The notes beneath the pieces were generated by a model. The model was given only the letters and a program-made list of their open reading frames with translations. It searched no databases and was not told where the DNA came from. From Octopus sinensis (taxonomy: Eukaryota): a stretch of DNA of 64,000 nt. The DNA lies in the NCBI RefSeq assembly GCF_006345805.1, contig NC_043004.1:54684001-54748000 (forward strand). Reading direction: 5' to 3'. How positions within the stretch are numbered: position 1 is the stretch's first letter; each line of letters begins with the position of its first letter. This document shows positions 29,219 through 42,000 of this stretch, one piece after another. The translations under genes were made by a program, and so were the position numbers.

Positions 29219-29491
29219 ATATATATATAAATATATATATTAAAAATTAAGGGTAGAAATTGATATTAGTCAATTAAAACCAGTGGTCTAGCACATAAAA
29301 AGAATCCGAAGATTAAAATATTTATATATACCAATTAAGGACTGAACACGAAAAGGTGGACAGTCAACATGCTAGATATAGACGTCAAATCGCCATTCTC
29401 CACAAAGATTTTGTTCTCAAATAAAAATAAAATTCAGCACGACCTAAAGCAATGGATGAGACAAAAGAATTATACTAAATGGAATAATTAC

Positions 29492-29551
29492 CTACGTACT
29501 GCAGTTTCAGTTATTAATATCACAAGGATATCTGTAACTTCATCAGCGTAG
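29492..29551 (-). ncRNA. Type I hammerhead ribozyme (mirror copy)
   Basis: Exact reverse complement of 29583-29642. Confidence 0.8.
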
Positions 29552-29582
29552 TTTGTTATGAGCATATTATGCTCATAACAAA

Positions 29583-29642
29583 CTACGCTGATGAAGTTAC
29601 AGATATCCTTGTGATATTAATAACTGAAACTGCAGTACGTAG
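29583..29642 (+). ncRNA. Type I hammerhead ribozyme (PLE-type)
   Basis: CTACG-CTGATGA-AGTTA[cagatatccttgtgatattaa]TAACT-GAAAC-TGCA-GTA/CGTAG: perfect 5-bp stem I, 5-bp stem II, palindromic stem III ACTGCAGT. Predicted cleavage after 29637. Confidence 0.85.
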
Positions 29643-29988
29643 GTAATTATTCCATTTAGTATAATTCTTTTGTCTCATCCATTGCTTTAGGTCGTGCTGA
29701 ATTTTATTTTTATTTGAGAACAAAATCTTTGTGGAGAATGGCGATTTGACGTCTATATCTAGCATGTTGACTGTCCACCTTTTCGTGTTCAGTCCTTAAT
29801 TGGTATATATAAATATATATATATATTCATACACACGCGGTCACGCACAAGCACTCACACGCATACGCACACACATACGCACAAGCATGCACACACACAC
29901 ACACACACATACAATTAGATAGACATAAAGATATATAGATAGATAGATACATACATACATACATACATACATACATACATACATACAT

Positions 29989-30274
29989 AAGTTTCTTTAT
30001 TGGCCACACAGGGCTGCACACAGATGGGACAAGTTACAAGGTAGAGCTTTTCTTTTGGGGGATGAAAAAAACAAAAAACAAAAGAAACAAAAAAAGGGGG
30101 TGGCGTCGGTTTTCGATCAAGTGGGATCGTAAAAGGGAAGAAAAGAACAAAAAAAAATAAATAAAATAAATAAATAAAATAAAAAATAAAAAATATAAAA
30201 ATAAAAAAAAGAAAAGGAAAAGGAACAAAAGAAAAGAGAAATGAAAAAAGAAGAAAAAAGGGGAAAGAAAGGGG

Positions 30275-30276
<2 letters not shown>
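29989..30276 (-). mobile_element. Tx1 3'-UTR-only copy (B)
   Basis: Ends with CAGCCCTGTGTGGCCAATAAAG like the other copies. Very similar to 38753-39044. Flanked by (CATA/GATA)n and (GATA)n. Confidence 0.85.
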
Positions 30277-30349
<73 letters not shown>

Positions 30350-30370
30350 GTACGTAGGCAGGTAGGTAGG

Positions 30371-30461
<91 letters not shown>

Positions 30462-30486
30462 GTAGGTAGGTAGGTAAGTAGGTAGG

Positions 30487-30573
<87 letters not shown>

Positions 30574-30874
30574 CTTTTTATTGTAGCCACACAGGGCTAA
30601 ACACAGAATAAAAATGGACGAAATACAATGTAGAATTTTTTCTTTTCGAGGTGGGATGGGTGGGGCACAAAAAAAAACAAAAAAAACACGTTTGATCAAT
30701 AGGGATCTGTGGGTTGTGTGGTGTATAAAAAGGCAATATATATATATATATATAAGGTTCACAGTTTACGTGTAGCCTTGGAAAGAAAAACCTACAAAAA
30801 AGACCAAGGTCACCTCAGACAATTCGAAAAAGAACACATGAGTAAGTCGCCTTACTTCTCCTTGTCTCTTTTGG

Positions 30875-33800
30875 TTACAGATTTATGCTTAAAATAGTGT
30901 CGTCTTTCATACTGACCATTTTTGCCACTTTTACCCACTGTTTATTAAAACATCCGTTCGACAAAGCCTTCCTCTCTATTCTCATCCTCCTTTTCAAGTG
31001 GTACTTGAAAAAGTTGACGAGAGACTGACCAGAGAGGAAGGTGTTTGTTTGCAGTCCTTTCAAACGCGTCCACCACACACATTCTTTCGCCATAGCCATC
31101 AGCGTAACGAAAACCGTTTTCCTTTCCCGTTTAAAGGAAGGTGGTGGAACAATATTCACAATAGACTCGGCCGATAGGCGAGCCTGACCTACACGTGACA
31201 ACAGTTGTTCGACGAAGGACCACAGCTCTGAAATATCTGGACACTGCACGAGTGCGTGCAGAACGGTTTCGTCGCTCTGACCGCATCTCGGGCAGGTCGG
31301 TCCGGTGATGGTTTTCGAACCGTGTCTGTAGCTCTTCTCTCGAACAGGTAGTGCGTCTCGATAGCACTGCCAAGCCAGGGATTTCTGGAAGTTATCCATA
31401 GGCCTCGGCCCGAACGTCGTCCTGAACAGGCGGGTTAGGAATTCTTCGTCGACGCCCAGGTTTGCCCCGAGTGTGTCGTCGGACCTCCCCTCCACTAGTC
31501 CTCTATAGAACGCTTTAGTCGTTTGTAAGTTGCACAAGTTTGACCCCGGTCGGCAGAGCTGCTGTAGAGCTTGGCGACACTCTCGGTGCCAATCGCCCAG
31601 TTTCGGTCTCTTTTTGATCCACGTTTGCAGTTCGGTCAGTGAGACGAGCGGCGGGAAGTCGCGCCTCACAAACGGCGCCCACACCTGTTCACCGTCGTCA
31701 ATGAATTTCCAGAGATGTCGCAGTCTCAGCGCATGCCTGCGCATCATCAACCACGACATGCCCAGTCCTCCATTCAACGGATGTTGACAGCAAATGGACT
31801 TCCTCACAATCGGAACGCCATCCTTCCACAGGAAGCGGAAGAGTATGCGCTCCAGTTTGGTGATGGTGGCGTCGGGACAAGGTACGACGGTCAGGCGGTA
31901 ATCGATGACGGATGCGATGTACGCGTTCGCCACCTCCGCCCGGCCTTTTAGAGACAGCTTTCTCTCGGCCCATGTTTGGCTGAGAGCGACCACTCTACTC
32001 GTGATCTCGTCCCAGTTCTTATCCATTTGGAGGTCGGACTGAACCAGACCCCGAGCAATTTAACGGTCCGTCCGTCTAGCGTCCCACTACTGAGCCGCAG
32101 TCGGACGGCATGGGCTTGCTTTTCCAGGTGCCGAGTAGCAAACCCACTGACTTTTCCGGGTTAATCTTTGCTCTCGTCACCGTTTCGTATTTTCTTAGTG
32201 TCTCGCCTATCATCTTGATGTGTTTGTCGCTCGACACTATGACGGTGACATCGTCCGCATATGCCGACACGCTCGTCCCGCAACCCAGTTCCCGTGGGAT
32301 GCCCCTCAGTGTCGCCAGCTTCCGCAGTAGCGGCTCGAGAGTCAATACATACAGAAGCGCCGACAGGGGACACCCCTGACGGACCGAACGCGTGATGTCA
32401 AACGGTTTCAACAGGTGACCGTTCACCCGAATCACCGATCGTATGCCGCTATACAAGGCAGCGATCCAACCGCGGAAGACGGGACCGAAGCCAGCCGCCC
32501 TGAGGACGGCCGCCAAGTACCGATGGTCGACCCTATCGGAGGCTTTAGACTGATCCAAATTTATCAGCGTCCCACCCATGCCAGGATCTTTAACTACCCT
32601 GTCCACAATGTAGTGCATCAGATGGAGGTTGTCATATATGGTTCTGCCCGGCACGGCGCATGTTTGCGCCCTGTCGACCAGTTTACCAATGACAAGCGCC
32701 AACCTCTCGGCTATTACTTTGGCCAAAATTTTCAAATCTGCGTTGAGCAGAGTGATGGGCCTGAAATTATCTATAAAATTCCCCTTGTTTGGGTCTTTCT
32801 TCAGCAACGTTACTACAACTCGGCTCACGAAACCGGGGATTCTCCTGTTTTGTTGCCAGATGCAGTAGACTGATGCCAAGAGGTCGCCAAACAAGTCTGG
32901 CATTCGACAATACAGCTCGTAGGGTAAACCATCCAATCCAGGCGACTTATCCCTCGCGCAGCCCGCCATCGCATCCCACACGTCAGCGGCTGTGATGGGA
33001 CTTTCACAACACACCGCTTCTCCTGCCGAAAGCCACGGCAGGTCGGTCAGGTAGGCACTGAAATCCATCCCGCGTTCCGACCCACCACTCGCACCAAACA
33101 GTCGAGCAAAGTGCTGTTGAAAGGCCTCACACATCCTTTCGGCTTCGAGTAAACTGCATTCCTGTTGATCTATTAGAGACCGAATGGTGGCTCTGTTGCC
33201 ACGCTGCGCCTCCGCTACCCGGGCCTCTCGCGCAGCTTCGATCCCTTCGTTCCTTAAGGCACGCATTTTAGCTCTGACGACGCAACCTTCGTGCTTGGCG
33301 TTGAGGTGTTGGTCGAGGGCCATCCTCGCAGCCAGCACGTTGGTTGCGCTGCCAGTGGTAAGTGCCATTTCTAGTTTCTTAACCAAGTCTCCCTCTACTC
33401 TATTTCGTTCTATCGCTAATTCCTTGCTAAACTTAATTGATTCCGATTTTATTGCCATTTTCAGGGCGTACCACCAGCGGTTGTTACCGACGGCTTCCGT
33501 CAGCGCCCTCTTAATTAACTCGCTGATCCGGTTCCTGTAGACCTGTCGCGCTAACAGCGACGTGTTCAGTTTCCAGTAACCGGGACCCTGCCTATGTGTT
33601 TTATCTAAGTCGAGCGTACACGTAACAAATTTGTGATCTGTGTAGCTGACTATTTTAAATTGTGGACATCCTACACTATCCCTATCCGCTGTCCTGCATA
33701 GAATTCTATCTAGATAAGATCTCGACGATCCGACGCGGTTTGTCCAAGTCCACGTTGGCACGTTCGGATGGTCGAGTCGGAACCTGTCATACAAATGGAA

Positions 33801-34320
33801 ACGTCTGAGCAGGTCTTTGAGGCTCTTACACCCCCTTCTATTCCTATTCCTTCCCACATAATCTAGATGCGTGTCCAAGGTAGCGTTACAATCCCCTACT
33901 AACAGTAAAGGTCTAGACGTACCCAGGAAAACCTCTAGACGTCTGAAGAAATCCGCCCGACCCATTAAGGACGGTGCATAAACTGCCATCAGACGGAATG
34001 CACACCATTTCTGCCATCCACGTCCAAGACAACCAGCCTACCCTCCGGGTCTAGGATATTGCTCTTATTTTTACATTTAGACTCTTTCGAAAAAGCACCG
34101 TGGTACCTCCACCACCCATGTTCGGCAGACATGGAGAAAAATAAATGTCAAATTGATTGCCAAACATGGACTCGAGGGCCCGCGGCTTACTGAGTCTGGT
34201 TTCACTGATAGCTACTATATCCACATTCAGTGACTTGATGTCGTTTAGAAGGTAACCTTGCTTCCAAGCCGATGCCAAGCCACGCGCATTCACACAACCT
34301 AATTTAAGCATACTTGACAT
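30875..34320 (-). pseudogene. Tx1 ORF2: APE endonuclease + reverse transcriptase + Cys-rich C-terminus, disrupted
   Basis: CVNARGL..AISETRL, GDCN, SYLDRIL, TDHK (APE). KSPGLDGLPYELY, NFRPITLLNADLKILAKV, DQSKASDRV, RQGCPLS, AYADDV (RT). CPRCGQSDETVLHALVQC. Broken at ~34051 and ~32076. Confidence 0.92.
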
Positions 34321-34377
34321 TTACGAAAATTGTGTTTTACACACTACATTAGGAGAGACAAGAGGCAAGAGGGGAGG

Positions 34378-36257
34378 TCACTTACTCATTTTAGAAGTTT
34401 CATTTTTTTCTTCTTCTTTTGTATTGTTTTTGATGAGGTGTTTGTATAGTTTTTTCGACAGGTATCGTTGAAACCCGCCTACCGCATTCGGAAATATTGT
34501 TTTCAGTATGTGGTGTTTTGCTTGTGTTATGTGTAAAATTCTGATGTGTTTCGGTGGTGTGGTGTGCGGATGATTGTTTGTCTTAAAGTCATCTTCACAG
34601 ATGACCGTGCTGGATGTGATGTAGTCCATTAATTCTTTATTGTCTGTGTCTATTGCAGTTAGTTGTGTGTGTGGTTTTACGGTTTCATTGCTTTTTTGAT
34701 TGTCTAGGGGGATGTTGTCCGGAGTTAGATATCTCCCTGCTTTACTTCCTTGTTTGGTGGATTTTTTGGATCTTTTCCTTTTACCCCCTGTGGCTATTTG
34801 CCATTCCGTCGAACTTTCGTCGTCCGACGTATCAGTAGAAGGTAAAGGCAAAGCATTTGCATTACTATGTATGCTTGTAAAAATTGTTGATGTTTTGTGC
34901 GGTGTTTGTGTTGTTGTGGTGTTAGGGGTAGAATTTGTCTTCTTGTCACTGTTTTGTCTTTTTAATTGTCGTCCTCGGTGTGGGTGTTGGTCTATTTTTT
35001 GTTGATTCAACATGCTTAATTGGTTGTGATGTCAACGGTGATTGTGTTGGTACTGTTTCTTTTCTTGGTGATGTTGTTGGGGTTTGTTTACTGGTTTGTT
35101 GTTTTTCTTGGCATTGTTCCATAATTGAGTGTGTTGGTGTTGGTGTTGGCAACAAGGGTTTTTTTATTTGTTTTCTGATTTGTTCTTTCTTGTTTTTTCT
35201 GTAACAGAGCGCACTTGGCAATTAAATGTTCGGGGCTGCCACAGTTGTAGCATCTAGGCTTTTTGCCTTCTGCTACAACATATAGGCATTGCCCATTTTC
35301 CAAGTGGATCTTATCCGGTAGGCTCTCGATAGAGGCCCCCTCAATCTGTATGGTCACCACTATTGTCTTCCCACCCCAAATGTCGCCAAGGTACACGGCG
35401 GTTTCCAAAATGTTGATATTTTTTAAATGGTAACAGATTGTCCCTGTTATCCATTTGTTAGGAATCTCGGGAGGTACATTTTTAATAGTGAGTCGACTTA
35501 CTCTCTGGTTTTTATAGTATGGGACCATGATTATTTCATCATTTCCCAGAGACTCAGTAGAGTGAGCTTTTGTCACTTCCTAGTTAGGGAAGCGGACCAC
35601 TACTGTGTTAAACTGGGGACCCCAGTTTATATATTCTTTTTCTTTCATTATGTTTTTTAAGCATTTTTCTACATCCGTTTTTGTAATCTGTTCATTCAGT
35701 TTTTTGTTTTTTCTTATAATTTTATAAATAATTGTCTTATTTTCTATTTCTTGCTTTATGTGTTGAGGTGTATGCAGCTCTAAATCTTGTCCACGAGTTG
35801 TAAAGAGAGCTCTTGCTTCTATGAGCTCTTCATTTGTAAATGTTACAATCTCCTTCTTCTGGCGAAGAGTGTCAGCGAAATTTACTGGTGTTGTTGATTT
35901 TTTTGTATTAACATCTTCACTATTAGATAGTTCATTTTTATTGTTGTTCTTGTTGTTGCTGTTGTTTTTGTCAATAGTTTTCGTGTGAGTTTTATTTTTA
36001 TCATTTATGTTGGTCGTGGTAGTGGTAGTGGTGGTGGATGTGGTGGCGGTAGCAGTAGTAGTCTCGTGGTTGCTGTTGTTAGTGGTGGTGGTGGTGACAG
36101 GGCTGTTACCGCACGTGGTTGCAGCGTTCATTCCACCGATATTCATGTTTGCACTTTGCGTGCGTACGTTCTTTTTTTCTCCTAGCGTTTCCAGACTAGG
36201 AAAATGCTGTTCCATAAAAGAACGCGACCAGCGTTCTACAATACAATTTCTCGACAT
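34378..36257 (-). pseudogene. Tx1 ORF1 (gag-like, CCHC zinc knuckle), disrupted
   Basis: CYNCGSPEHLIAKC = CX2CX4HX4C. In-frame stop at 35580-35582 and frameshifts in the T/P/K-rich linker. Collinear with ORF1 pieces of copy F. Confidence 0.85.
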
Positions 36258-36450
36258 TTTCTAATGTCGAGAAGAAAATTACAGAAATGAAATGGGGTTG
36301 AAACTGCCCCTGGGGCGAATTCCTCCCTTGGAAAAGCACTCAAACGAAAGTTGGGTGCCTTACACACCTTATTTGCAAAAATGTACACAAAATATGGGCT
36401 ATAAATAGTCAAAATAAACGATTAATTCGGAGCCGAAGTGACAGCACGTC

Positions 36451-36451
36451 C

Positions 36452-36486
<35 letters not shown>

Positions 36487-36545
36487 CATACATACATACA
36501 TACATAAATACATACATACATACATACATACATACATACATAGAC

Positions 36546-36626
<81 letters not shown>

Positions 36627-36646
36627 CATAGATAGATACATAGATA
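36451..36646. repeat. (GATA)n/(CATA)n spacer between Tx1 copies C and D
   Basis: Directly visible. Confidence 0.95.
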
Positions 36647-38569
36647 TGTTTCTTTATTAGCCACACAGGGCTGCACACAGATAGAACAAATTACAAGGTA
36701 GAGCTTTTCTTTTGAAGGTATTAAAAAAAAAAAAAAAAAAAGGAAGGGGGAGGTTCGATCAAAAGGGATCGTAAAAGGAGAGAAAGAGGACAAAAATAAG
36801 GGGGGTTAAAAAAAAAAAAAAAAGGGGGGGAGAGGAAAAAAAAATGATCAATAGGGATCGTTATCACAGAAATGTCAATATGAAGTGTAAAGGGGAGGAC
36901 AGGTGAGGTTTACCCGTGGAAAGAAAAGCCTGCGGAAAAGACCACGGTAACCTCGGTCAATGAAGTCACATTTTATATTTCTTTTTTTTTTTTTTTTTTT
37001 TGCAAATAAGCAACTCTCTGTTTTCGATTTCTGGGTTCATAGGACTATGCTCAAGGTGGCTTCGTCATTCATACGTGCCATTCTTGCTACATTCACCCAT
37101 CTTTTTTTAAAACATTCGCTAGACAAAACTTGCCTCTCTACTCTCACTTTCCTTTTCAAGTGGTACTTGAAGAAGTTGATGAGAGATTGACCAGAGAGGA
37201 AAGTGTTTGTCTCCAATCCTTTCAGACGCGTCCACCAGATACATTCTTTCGCCATAGCCACAAGGATGATGAAAATAGCTCTTCCTTCCCGTTTGAAGGA
37301 AGGAGGCGTGACAATATTGACGATAGACTCAGCTGATAAACCGACTCGTCCCACACGTGACAGCAGTTGTTCGACATAAGCCCACAGGTCGGAAATTGTT
37401 GGACACTGAACGAGTGCGTGCAGAACGGTTTCGTCGCTCTGACCGCATCTCGGGCAGGTCGGCCCCGTGTTTCTCGAGCCGTGTCTGTAGAGCTTATCCC
37501 GAACGGGTAGCGCTTCTCGGTAGCACTGCCAGGCCAGGGATCTCTGGAAGTTGTCCATGGGCCCTGGCCCGAAAGTCGTCCCGAACAGGCGGGTCAGGTA
37601 CTCCTCGTCGACGTCCAGGTTCGCCCCGAGCTCGTCGTCGTACCTCCCCTCCACTAAACCCCTATAGAATGCTTTGGTTGTGTTGAAGTCACTTAAGGTC
37701 GACCCAGGACGGCAGAGTTGCTTGAGAGCAACGCGACACTCGCGGTGCCATTCGCCCTTCCTCGGCCTCTTTTTGATCCACGACTGCAGTTCGGTCATGG
37801 AGACGAGCTGCGGGAAAGCGTGCCTCACAAACGGCGACCACACCTGTTCACCGTCGTCTACATAGAGCCAGAGATGTCGCAGTCTCAGCGCGTGTCTGCG
37901 CATCATCAACCACGGCATGCCCAGCCCTCCTTTTAACGGGTGTTGACAGCAAATGGATCGCCTGACCATCGGGACGCATCCTTTCCACAAGAAGCGAAAG
38001 AGGATGCGTTGTAGTTTGGTGATGGTAGGGTCGGGACAAGGTACGACGGTCAGGCGGTAGTAGATGACGGACGCGATGTACGTGTTCGCCACCTCCGCTC
38101 GACCTTTTAGGGACAGTTTCCTCTCGGCCCATTGCCGGGCGAGAGTGACCACCCTACTCGTTATCTCGTTCCAGTTCTTCTCCACTTGGGGGTCCGGACC
38201 AAACCAGACCCCGAGCAACTCAACCGGCCGTCGGTCCAGCGTCCCACGACGGAGGCGCTGGTGGACGGCATGGGCTTGCTTCTCCAGGTGCCTAGTCGCA
38301 AGCCCACTGACTTTTCCCGGTTGATTTTCGCTCCTGTCACCGCTTCGTAGTTTTTCAGTGTCTCGCCGACCAGCTCGATGTGCTCGTGGCTAGACACTAT
38401 GACGGTGACGTCGTCCGCGTATGCAGACACGCTCGTCCCGCATCCCAATTCTCGCGGGATGCCCCTTAGAGTCGCCAGCTTCCGCAGTAGTGGCTCAAGA
38501 GTCAATACGTATAGAAGCGCCGAGAGGGGGCATCCCTGACGGACCGAACGTGCAATGTCGAAAGGTCTC
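36647..38569 (-). mobile_element. 5'-truncated Tx1 copy (D, ~1.9 kb)
   Basis: ORFs 37037..38218 and 38161..38505 (AYADDV; CPRCGQSDETVLHALVQC). The 3' UTR is the same subfamily as copy A. The 5' end is fused to (GATA)n. Confidence 0.92.
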
Positions 38570-38702
<133 letters not shown>

Positions 38703-38752
38703 GTAGATAGATAGGTAGGTAGGTAGGTAGGTAGGTAAGTAGATAGATAGAT

Positions 38753-39044
38753 AAGTTTCTTTATTGGCCACACTGGGCTGCACACAGATGGGACAAGTTA
38801 CAAGGTAGAGCTTTTCTTTTGGGGGATGAAAAAAACAAAAAACAAAAGAAACAAAAAAAAGGGGTGGCGTAGGTTTTCGATCAAGAGGGATCGTAAAAGG
38901 GAAGAAAAAAACAAAAAATAAAAAATAAATAAAAGAAAAAAGAAAAAAAGAAAATAAAAGAAAAGGAAAAGGAACAAAAGAAAAGAGAAATGAAAAAAGA
39001 AGAAAAAAGGGGGAAAAGAAGGGGGAAGAGGAAAATAAATGATC
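38753..39044 (-). mobile_element. Tx1 3'-UTR-only copy (E)
   Basis: Nearly identical to copy B. Separated from copy F by only ~11 nt of ATAGATAGATA. Confidence 0.85.
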
Positions 39045-39055
39045 ATAGATAGATA

Positions 39056-42000
39056 ACTTTCTTTTATTAGCCACACAGGGCTGAATACAGAGGGGACAAA
39101 TACAAATGCAGAGCTTTACTTTTCGAGGGTGGCAAAACAGAAAATAAATGTAAGATTGCGATCAAAAGGGATCGAGAGGAGGAAAAAAAAGGAAAAGAAA
39201 TCGTGTATCACAGAAACAATAATAAAAACATTGATAAAACAAGATTGAGTTCATCCTTGGGAAGAAAAGCCTACAGAAAAGACCACGGGAACCTCAGTCA
39301 GGGAGGAAATAACCACATGAGAGCAAAATGCTCTCTTTCTTTCTTTTTTACGATCTACAGGATCATGCTCAAAATGGTTTCGTCACTCGCACGCACCATC
39401 TTTGCAACATTCACCCATCTTTTTTTTAATCTTTCGCGAGACAAAACTTCCCTCTCCATTCTCACCTTCTTTTCAAGTGGTACTTGAAAAAGTTGATGAG
39501 CGATTGGCCAGAGAGGTAAGTGTTTGTCTCTAATCCTTTCGCTCGGGCCCACCACACACATTCTTTCACCATGGCCACCAGTACGATGAAAACTGCCTTG
39601 CCTTCCCGGTTGAGGGAAGGTGGCGGAGCAATCCACACGATAGAGTCGGCCGATAGGCGGATTCGTCCCACACGTGACAGCAGCCGTTCGGCATAAGCCC
39701 ACAGGTCTGAAATGGTTGGACATTGCACGAGTGCGTGCAGAACGGTTTCGTCGCTCTGACCGCATCTCGGGCAAGTCGGTCCAGTGTGTCTGGAACCGTG
39801 TCTGTAGAGCTTATCCCGAACAGGTTATGCTTCTCGGTAGCACTGCCAGGCCAGGGATCTTTGGTGGTTGTTCATAGGTCCCGGCCCGAAAGTTGTCCTG
39901 AACAGGCGGGTCAGGTGTTCCTCGTCGACGCCCAGACTCTGCCCGAGTTCGTCGTCGCACCTCCCCTCCACTAATCCTCTATAGAATTCCCTTGTTGTGA
40001 TGGAGTCGCACAAGTTCGACCCAGGACGGCAGAGTTGCTTGAGAGCAACGCGACACTCGCGGTGCCATTCGCCTAGCCTCAGTCTCTGCTTGATCCATGA
40101 CTGTAGTTCGTCCAAGGAGACGAGCTGCGGGAAAGCGCGCCGCACAAAAGGCGACCACACCTGTTTACCGTTGTCTATGAAGCGCCGGAGATGTCGCTGT
40201 CTCAGCGCATGTCTGCACATCATCAACCACGGCATGCCCAGCCCTCCATTTAGCGGGTGTTGACAGCAAATGGATCGCCTAACCATCGGAACGTTTCCCT
40301 TCCACAAGAAGCGGAAGAGAATACGTTCCAGTTTGGTGATGGTAGGGTCGGGACAAGGCACGACGGTCAGACGATACTCGATGACGGATGCGATGTACGC
40401 GTTCGCCACCTCCGCCCGACCTTTTAGGGATAGCTTTCTCTCAGCCCATTTCTGGGTGAGAGTAGCCACCCTAGTCGTTATCTCGCCCCAGTTCTTCTCC
40501 ATTTGGAGGTCCGGACCGAACCAGACCCCGAAAAATTTAACCGGTCCGTCCGTCCAGCGTCCCACGATGGAGACGCTGTTGGACGGCATGGGCCTGCTTC
40601 TCCAGGTGCCGAGCCGCAAGCCCACTGACTTTTCCCGGTTAATTTTTGCTCCCGTTACCGCTTCGTATTCTTTTAGTGTCTCGCCGACCAGCTCGATGTG
40701 CTGGTAGCTCGACACTATGACGGTGACGTCATCCGCGTATGCAGACACGCTCCTCCCGCATCCCAGCTCTCGTGGGATGCTCCTCAGCGTCGCCAGTTTC
40801 AGCAGTAGTGGCTCAAGAGTCAATACATACAGCAGCGATGAGAGGGGGTATCCCTGACGAACCGAACGCATGATGTTAAAAGGTCTGGATAGATGACCAT
40901 GTACGCGATGCCGCTGTATAAGGCAGCGATCCAACCGCGGAAAACTGGACCGAAACCAGCCGCTTTAAGGACAGCCTCCAAGTAGTGATGGTCTACCCTA
41001 TCGAAAGCTTTTGATTGATCCAAATTGATCAGCGCCCCACCCATACCAGGATTCTTAACTACCCTGTCTATGATGTAGCGCATCAGATGGAGGTTGTCAT
41101 GAATACTTCTACCCGGCACGGCGCATGTTTGCGCCTTGTCGATTAGTTTCTTGATACAAGCGCCAACCTCTCGGCTAACACCTTGGCCAAAATTTTCAAA
41201 TCTGCGTTGAGCAGAGTGATGGGCCTGAAATTATTTATGACGTCCCCTTTGTTTGGGTCTTTCTTAATCAGTGCCACTGCTCCTCGCTTTACAAAAGCAG
41301 GAATACTCACGTTTTGCTGCCAGTTGCAGTAGACAGCTGCCAAGACGCCTCCAAACAAGTCTGGCATATGGCAATAAAGTTCGTAGGGCAGACTATCCAA
41401 GCCTGGTGACTTGTCTCTCGCGCAGCCCCCCATCGCATCCTGTACGTCCGCAGCTGTGATAGGCCTTTCACAAGACTCCACCTCTCTTGCTGAGAGTCGT
41501 GGCAAGGCATGCAGGTAGGCACTAAAGTCCACTCTGCGTTCTGACCCACCACTTGTCCCAAACAGTTGGGTGAAGTGTTGTTGAAAAGCCCCACACATCC
41601 TTTTAGGCTCGAGCAATTCGCGCCCCTGTTCATCTATAAGAGACTTGATGGTGGCTCTGTTGCCTCGTTGCGTCTCCACCACTCGGGCCTCTTGGGCGGC
41701 TCCAACTCCTTCGTTCCTCAGAGCACGCATCCTAGCTCTGACAACGCATCCCTCGTGTTTGGCGTTGCGGTGTTGGTCGAGGGCCAATCTCGCCGCCAGC
41801 ATGTTGGACGCGATGCCAGTTCTAAGTGCCTCTTCTAAAACCTTAACTAATTCTCCCTCTATTCTATTTCGGTCTAATGCTAGGGCTTTACTGTATCTAA
41901 CTGATTCTGCTTTAATTGCTTTTTTTAGGTCATACCACCATCTGTTGTTGATGATGGTACCCGTCAAAGCTCTCTTAACTAATGTGCTGATCCGGTCCCT

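Larger units (their letters stand above)
29318..29816. repeat. Perfect palindrome (249-bp arms, 1-nt centre at 29567)
   Basis: Identical mirror ORFs 29369..29551(+) and 29583..29765(-). Centre reads ..TTATGAGCATA-T-TATGCTCATAA... (TA)n at 29132-29240 and right after 29816. Confidence 0.95.
30572..36450 (-). mobile_element. Apparently full-length Tx1-clade non-LTR retrotransposon (copy C, ~5.9 kb)
   Basis: 5' UTR starts GACGTGCTGTCAC right after (TATC)n, followed by ORF1, ORF2 and a 3' UTR running into (TATC)n. (GATA)n on both sides. Confidence 0.92.

Noticed and set aside
29369-29765. Two identical 60-aa ORFs on opposite strands (MLDIDVKSPF...)
   Set aside because: By-product of the palindrome. 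No recognisable protein features, and the 3' part is antisense to the hammerhead.
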